From an uncultured Bacilli bacterium (GTDB lineage Bacteria; Bacillota_I; Bacilli_A; RF39; UBA660), in the NCBI GenBank assembly GCA_905235045.1, contig CAJOJO010000008.1, positions 1 through 60,773 of the forward strand: a stretch of 60,773 nt of DNA, read 5' to 3'. How positions within the stretch are numbered: the stretch's first letter is position 1; each line of letters starts with the position of its first letter. A program made the position numbers and the translations under genes. Below, piece after piece: positions 55,699-60,773 of the stretch. Below the pieces are notes generated by a model. That model was not told the origin of the DNA. It was given only the letters and a program-made list of their open reading frames with translations, and did not search any database.

Positions 55699-56766
55699 TT
55701 ATTCTTCTATTTTTTCTATCTCAACATGATTAATTGAGTCAAAACGTTTAGTTATTTTTTCAGAAGTAATGTGCAAATCTTTAACATCTTTACCTACTGT
55801 ATCAATACTGCGAGATAATTTATCCCAACGTTCTTTATAACGTTTAAAGTCTTCGTCTAGTAATTTTAATTCTTTATGGATTATTTTAGTATATTTATCT
55901 CTTTCAATATTCATCATAACAACTTGAATCATTGTTAAAGTACTCATTAAAGTTGTTGGACTAACAATCCATACTTTTTTACTATAAGCGTATTCGACTA
56001 TATCATTGTGATATGCATTTACTTCAGCAAATATTGCTTCTGCAGGTAAGAATAAAATTGCTTGGTCAGCGGTAACTCCAGGAATAATATATTTATCATG
56101 AATTGCGTCAATATGTTTTTTCATATCGGCTTTAAATAATTTTTCTGCTTTTGTTCTTTCTAATTCACTATTATTTTTATCAACCATTATTTGATAGTGT
56201 TCTAATGGGAATTTAGAGTCAATGCCAATTAAGCCTAATGGTTCTGGAGCAAATAAAGCGCAGTCAACTATTGTATTATTAGGCAAAGTATATTGTAATT
56301 TATAGATTTTATCATTGTTTTCACCAAAGATATTAACAACAATATTTTTTAGGTTTATTTCTCCAAAAATACCTCTTGTTTTTTTATCAGTTAGTACTCC
56401 TTGTAAAGAAATAATATCATTTGATAAGGTATCTATTTTCTTTTGAGCTTCATCTATTTTTGTTAGCCTTTCTAATACTGAGTTAAATGTTTTATTTGTT
56501 TTTTCAAAGTTTTGATCTAATCTTTCATTAACTGCATCATTTATATGATTTAGTTTATTTTCCATACGATCATTTAAACTAGTAAAATCATCATTTAATT
56601 CTTTAGTTAAAGAACCTTTAAAATCACTAAATTCTTTAATCATATTAGTTTCTAATTTACCTAATCGTTCAGTTATGTTTGATTCATTACTACTATTATT
56701 TTTAAGTAATAAAAATACTAATAATAAAAAATTAACAACTAATATACTTATAATTATATATTCCAT
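55699..56766 (-). CDS. rmuC: DNA recombination protein RmuC
   Basis: 355 aa with an N-terminal TM, a coiled coil and a C-terminal RmuC nuclease-like domain (DCALFAPE..., ILFLPAEAIFAE). Confidence 0.9.
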   Translation of the reverse strand: MEYIIISILVVNFLLLVFLLLKNNSSNESNITERLGKLETNMIKEFSDFKGSLTKELNDDFTSLNDRMENKLNHINDAVNERLDQNFEKTNKTFNSVLERLTKIDEAQKKIDTLSNDIISLQGVLTDKKTRGIFGEINLKNIVVNIFGENNDKIYKLQYTLPNNTIVDCALFAPEPLGLIGIDSKFPLEHYQIMVDKNNSELERTKAEKLFKADMKKHIDAIHDKYIIPGVTADQAILFLPAEAIFAEVNAYHNDIVEYAYSKKVWIVSPTTLMSTLTMIQVVMMNIERDKYTKIIHKELKLLDEDFKRYKERWDKLSRSIDTVGKDVKDLHITSEKITKRFDSINHVEIEKIEE

Positions 56767-56774
56767 ACATCCTC

Positions 56775-57356
56775 CTAAATATTGAATTTTTTATCAACTA
56801 ATTTTGAAACAATATATGCTCCTATTAATAAAAGTAAGATTTCTATTATTGTCCATATATTAGTAATACTTTCTAAGAAAGTGCGAGCAATAAACACCCA
56901 AAAATACACCATAAATATTTTTGAGCATAATAAGGTTTTTAAGTATTTTGTGTATTTCATTTCTGATAAACCAGCAGCTATATTTACTGTGAAAGCTGGC
57001 GTAAAGGGCATAGCTAATAAACATACTAAGCTAGGAAAACTAATTTGATCTACTTTATTAATAAAGTTAATTATTTTTAAGTGTTTATATAGTCTGTTAT
57101 AAGCTTTTTTTCTTATTTTTCTAAACAATAAATAACTTAAACTACATCCAATAGTAGTTCCTATCCACGAAATAATTAGAGCGGGAATAGAACCAAAAGC
57201 AATAACATTAATTGCAACAAATACTGACAAAGGTAATATTGGTATTATAGATTCTAAGATAATAATACCTAAACCAAGTGAAAGACTTAATAATATATTA
57301 CTTGTTTGAGCAAATGTTTGAATATTATTTATTATGTCGTTTAATATTGCTTCCAT
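56775..57356 (-). CDS. TVP38/TMEM64 (DedA-related) family membrane protein
   Basis: ~193 aa from the ATG with an AGGAGA RBS, multi-TM. Confidence 0.8.
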   Translation of the reverse strand: MEAILNDIINNIQTFAQTSNILLSLSLGLGIIILESIIPILPLSVFVAINVIAFGSIPALIISWIGTTIGCSLSYLLFRKIRKKAYNRLYKHLKIINFINKVDQISFPSLVCLLAMPFTPAFTVNIAAGLSEMKYTKYLKTLLCSKIFMVYFWVFIARTFLESITNIWTIIEILLLLIGAYIVSKLVDKKFNI

Positions 57357-57435
57357 ATTTTTTCTCCTATCCATTATTATTATAATACAATTAGTTGGTT
57401 TTTAAAAGAAAAGAGTGAAATTTTTCACTCTTATT

Positions 57436-58461
57436 TTAAATTTTTTGAAATTTATTCTTTGGTACTGTTATAACTGGACGAATACCAACATCAGCAGTAT
57501 AAACACGTGTATCATTTAAACTACCATTAAAGCGTATATACCAAACAGTATACACATAGTTTTGAACAAGTCCTAATGGATCTTGTGTCCAATAACCACC
57601 ATTTGTTGAATCAGATGAAGCAATTTCACAACCATTTGAAACACAATCATATGTATAATCATATAACCATGAATATGCACTTGATCCTTTACTAGTAGCT
57701 CTTTGCGTAGTCGTTAGACTATCAAAATAGTATCCACTATTTACATCAGTTATATCAAATTCTGTTCTACCTATTATTTTATTTAACTCAGATGTTGTTA
57801 TGAGCGTTGTTCCTAGGCTGGAATCCCAATTTAAATTTTGTATTGCTTCATAAGCACCACTTAATTCATACGCCACATTTGTATTTGATGAATTCCATGC
57901 AATACTATTTTCTGTATTATGATCTAGTATCATTTTATAGTTGTCTCCACTATTATCAAATATATACCATTTCATACATCCACTTGTACCTGATCCTACT
58001 GTTGAATTTTCTTCATCACATACTTCATCTATATCACTAGGATTAAAATAAGCAATTCCCTTAACACCTTTTTGTTTAACGTTATTAGATGAATATATAT
58101 CTTTCAAATCAACTATGGATCTATCTGGACATTCTACAATTCGATAACTATTTGTATTTCCTATTTTAACTTCAATACACTTATCAATATATTTACTTAC
58201 ATCTATAGGTATTAAACCTTCTTTATCGATATCAGATATTAAAATATCATATATGACACCAATTTGTTTATCATAGTCATTACCATATCTTTCCATATAT
58301 TGATCAGCTGAACTATATAATATATCTTTAGTTGCTTGATCCACTTCTACTTCTTTTTTTTCAAAATTAGATATTAAGTTTGGAAAAATAAGAATTGCTA
58401 AAAAACTTAATAAAAGAATAATTGCTAATAATTCTATTAAAGTAAATCCTTTATTCTTCAT
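57436..58461 (-). CDS. Type IV pilin-like surface protein with a ~290-aa C-terminal domain
   Basis: 341 aa. MKNKG|FTLIELLAIILLLSFLAILIFP is the prepilin signal. It lies immediately downstream of the glycine-rich protein gene. Confidence 0.8.
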   Translation of the reverse strand: MKNKGFTLIELLAIILLLSFLAILIFPNLISNFEKKEVEVDQATKDILYSSADQYMERYGNDYDKQIGVIYDILISDIDKEGLIPIDVSKYIDKCIEVKIGNTNSYRIVECPDRSIVDLKDIYSSNNVKQKGVKGIAYFNPSDIDEVCDEENSTVGSGTSGCMKWYIFDNSGDNYKMILDHNTENSIAWNSSNTNVAYELSGAYEAIQNLNWDSSLGTTLITTSELNKIIGRTEFDITDVNSGYYFDSLTTTQRATSKGSSAYSWLYDYTYDCVSNGCEIASSDSTNGGYWTQDPLGLVQNYVYTVWYIRFNGSLNDTRVYTADVGIRPVITVPKNKFQKI

Positions 58462-58504
58462 AGTATCACCTATTATAATTTTATCAAATTTCTTTTTTAT
58501 TGTA

Positions 58505-58528
58505 AATAAAAAGAGCTAAAAGCTCTTT
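58505..58528 (-). terminator. Intrinsic terminator after the glycine-rich protein gene
   Basis: The minus strand reads AAGAGCT-TTT-AGCTCTT-TTTATTT. Confidence 0.65.
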
Positions 58529-60773
58529 TAATTTCCTATATATGTTATTTTAGCATAGCCATTAGCATAGCCATTACCATCATTACCAGCTTGTTCTGTA
58601 CCATATAATGGATGATTTACACCAATATACGTACCTTTTGATGTTGTCCACTTATAACCTGTTCCATCTACCATTTTTGTGTTAGTAAATTTATAGCCTG
58701 TATATGATATAGAATCTGATCTTTGTGATAAATCATAATTAACTGCCACACATCCATCATGACCAGATATATATGAAGAACCTCCTGATGCTTGCCCACC
58801 AGCATAGGCACCGCCAGCTCCACCATACCAGCCAGAACCTCCACCAGGATTATCATATGATTGATATGATGCTCCACCATATCCAAAACCACCTGGAGTA
58901 GCCGGATATGAAGCCCCTGAATTTATTGACTTACCACCAGTTGTCTGAGTAGCTACTGAAGCAGCATATGCAGCTGAACTTGAACCAGTTTCACCAACAT
59001 AACTTTCTAATCCTCCGGCTGCGCCACCTTTACTTGCCCAAGCAGAACCTGAGTGTTGAGCAGCTCCAGAGCCAGCTCCAGCTACCATTATTCTTGTTTT
59101 TAAAGACTCGATTTCATTCCATATTTCATTAGATGAAGTAGAGGATATTCTTACATCAGTAGCTCCGCCACCTGAAGTTGAATTACCGTTACCAATAGCA
59201 CCGCCATTCCATCCTGGTGTCTTAGTTGCGCCGCCTTGACCTCCTACATAAATATATAATGTTTGGCCTTTATTAACATTCATTTCACCACTTGTGTAAG
59301 CTCCATTACCACCTATATAAGTTGTACTGTAGTCTCCTCCGGAAGCTCCCCACAATTCAAATTTATATTTTCCCGTATATGGTGCGGTAAATGTTTGATA
59401 TGTTCCCGTTAATTGATAACGCCATACTTTATGCTTTTGAAAATATAAATCATCATATTGTTCATTAGTATATGTAGCAAATTTACTAAATGTGATTCTT
59501 GCATAACCATTTCCATCATTACCAACAGTTGGTGAACCACTACTATAAGATGGAGTACCCATATAAATCCCTTTTATTGTAGTCCAATTATATCCTTGAC
59601 CATCTATCATAATCGTATTTATAAAATATTTTCCAGTAAATGATTTACTTGTCCCATTTAAGTCATATGGATAAATGCATCCATCGTGACCAGAAATATA
59701 TGAAGAACCTCCTGATGCTTGTCCGCCAGCATAAGCGCCACCAGCACCACCAAACCAACCAGATCCTCCGCCAGGATTATCATATGATTGATACGATGCG
59801 CCACCATATCCAAAGCCACCTGGAGTAGCCGGATATGAAGCTCCTGAATTTATTGACTTACCACCAGCTATTTGCGTAGCTACTGAAGCAGCATATGCAG
59901 CTGAACTTGAACCAGTTTCACCAGCATAACTTTCTAATCCTCCGGCTGCGCCACCTTTACTTGCCCAAGCAGAACCTGAGTGTTGAGCAGCTCCGGAACC
60001 AGCTCCAGCTACCATTATTCTTGATTTTAAACTTTCTATTTCATTCCATACTGTAGGAGAAGCAGTGTGAATAGTTCTTACATCAGTAGCCCCGCCACCT
60101 GATGATGAATTACCATTACCAATTGCGCCACCATTCCAGCCTGGTGTTTTAGTCGCACCACCTTCACCACCTACATATACATATATTTCTTCATCAACAT
60201 TTAAATAAATATCACCTTTTGTATAGGCACCATTACCACCTACATATGTAGCGTTATAATCGCCACCTGAGGCTCCCCATAATTCTATTGTATAATATCC
60301 TGAGTAAGGAGCCGTAAAAGTTTTATATTCACCACTATAATCAAAATCCCATACGTATGAATCTCGAATATAGCTTAATTGAACCCATTCATTATTATAT
60401 ACATAAGCTTCTTTTAGTTGCCAATCACCACTCAAGTATTGAACAGCATAACCAATTCCTATTTTTGATTTTTTGTTTTCAACAACGTTTGTTGTTTCAC
60501 TACTTTGTACTAGCCAAACCATTCCTTCTTTTAATTCAGTGGGAGGTAGTTGTGATGAAGAAACATAATAATCAGTTATTTTATCATTTGTTATAACAGC
60601 TATTGTTCCTGCGTTTGATTTGTTTGGTAAATCAGCAGTTGTTGCATAAGCTTTTACATTTAATCTTAGACCAGTATATGATGCATTACCAATCGTAACA
60701 TATCCTAGTAATTCTTCGTCATATTCACCAGAACATACTCCTTCATCTAATTCTAACTCTTTACTATCTAAGT
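58528..60773 (-). CDS. Large glycine-rich surface protein with two tandem ALK/LTK-GRD-like (Pfam Gly_rich type) domains; the 5' end lies outside the window
   Basis: The frame is open from 60773 down to the stop at 58528, whereas the ORF track starts only at an internal Met. Each ~309-aa unit reads FTAPYSGYYTIELWGASGGD...GGNGAYT...VYVGGEGG...GWNGG...GGGATDVR...AGAGSG... Confidence 0.8.
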   Translation of the reverse strand, partial: LDSKELELDEGVCSGEYDEELLGYVTIGNASYTGLRLNVKAYATTADLPNKSNAGTIAVITNDKITDYYVSSSQLPPTELKEGMVWLVQSSETTNVVENKKSKIGIGYAVQYLSGDWQLKEAYVYNNEWVQLSYIRDSYVWDFDYSGEYKTFTAPYSGYYTIELWGASGGDYNATYVGGNGAYTKGDIYLNVDEEIYVYVGGEGGATKTPGWNGGAIGNGNSSSGGGATDVRTIHTASPTVWNEIESLKSRIMVAGAGSGAAQHSGSAWASKGGAAGGLESYAGETGSSSAAYAASVATQIAGGKSINSGASYPATPGGFGYGGASYQSYDNPGGGSGWFGGAGGAYAGGQASGGSSYISGHDGCIYPYDLNGTSKSFTGKYFINTIMIDGQGYNWTTIKGIYMGTPSYSSGSPTVGNDGNGYARITFSKFATYTNEQYDDLYFQKHKVWRYQLTGTYQTFTAPYTGKYKFELWGASGGDYSTTYIGGNGAYTSGEMNVNKGQTLYIYVGGQGGATKTPGWNGGAIGNGNSTSGGGATDVRISSTSSNEIWNEIESLKTRIMVAGAGSGAAQHSGSAWASKGGAAGGLESYVGETGSSSAAYAASVATQTTGGKSINSGASYPATPGGFGYGGASYQSYDNPGGGSGWYGGAGGAYAGGQASGGSSYISGHDGCVAVNYDLSQRSDSISYTGYKFTNTKMVDGTGYKWTTSKGTYIGVNHPLYGTEQAGNDGNGYANGYAKITYIGN
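58560..60413 (-). repeat. Intragenic tandem duplication, 2 x 927 bp
   Basis: The constant offset is 927 nt (e.g. 58751 vs 59678, 58949 vs 59876, 59114 vs 60041). There is one mismatch in ~118 nt over 58949..59066 vs 59876..59993, and the remainder is clearly more diverged. Confidence 0.85.

Noticed and set aside
58560-60413. Repeats in the glycine-rich region as a CRISPR array or non-coding satellite.
   Set aside because: The repeat unit is 927 bp and lies within one continuous open reading frame. There is no short repeat-spacer periodicity. ORFs 58668..58892, 59640..59828 and 60357..60596 are alternative-frame artefacts of this GC-richer gene.

Overview
A 60.8-kb chromosomal window from a very AT-rich, endospore-forming Firmicute. 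Gene content looks Bacilli/Erysipelotrichia-like: PolC, RNase HIII plus HII, SufCBD/SufS/SufU, CotE, SpoVAC-D-E, SpoVS, SpoIID, YqfC/YqfD, and a Bacillus-type yqfC-yqfD...ybeY-dgkA-cdd-era-yqzL-recO order. About 70 protein genes are present, almost all on the minus strand. Only the rrf2-sufCBD-rnhC block and one small ORF are on the plus strand. Most of the window is core housekeeping: pnp, rpsO, rplS, trmD, rimM, era, recO, murC, mraY, ftsW, a PBP, polC, pyk, pdp, rpoZ and rmuC. No tRNA, rRNA, CRISPR array, transposase or integrase was recognised. Observations that stand out: (1) Two G-homopolymer tracts (10 and 9 nt) sit exactly in the -35/-10 spacer of a conserved ~55-nt promoter-leader module. 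A third copy of the module has a degenerate tract. The copies drive a type IV pilin-like surface protein operon, a signal-peptide protein and a small pilin-like gene, which suggests slipped-strand phase variation. (2) Four dispersed orphan pilin-like genes occur with no pilus assembly genes in the window. (3) A ~600-nt GC-enriched, ORF-free structured RNA with its own promoter, a 13-bp closing helix and a terminator lies directly upstream of a 4-TM DxxxD protein, which is OLE/OapA-like. (4) A 27-aa hydrophobic peptide gene with a convergent small RNA and a 5'/3' inverted repeat lies between dgkA and cdd, a candidate type I toxin-antitoxin. (5) Two small insertion cassettes carrying KilA-N/Bro-N-superfamily genes (ORF6N, truncated DinD) are bounded by direct duplications of host sequence (the ftsW 3' end and the polC terminator). 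(6) A GH31 homologue translationally coupled to pyk appears to have lost both catalytic aspartates. (7) A large glycine-rich (ALK/LTK-GRD-like) surface protein carries a 2 x 927-bp tandem duplication and a near-identical conversion patch. All family assignments come from reading the translated ORFs. No database search was run.
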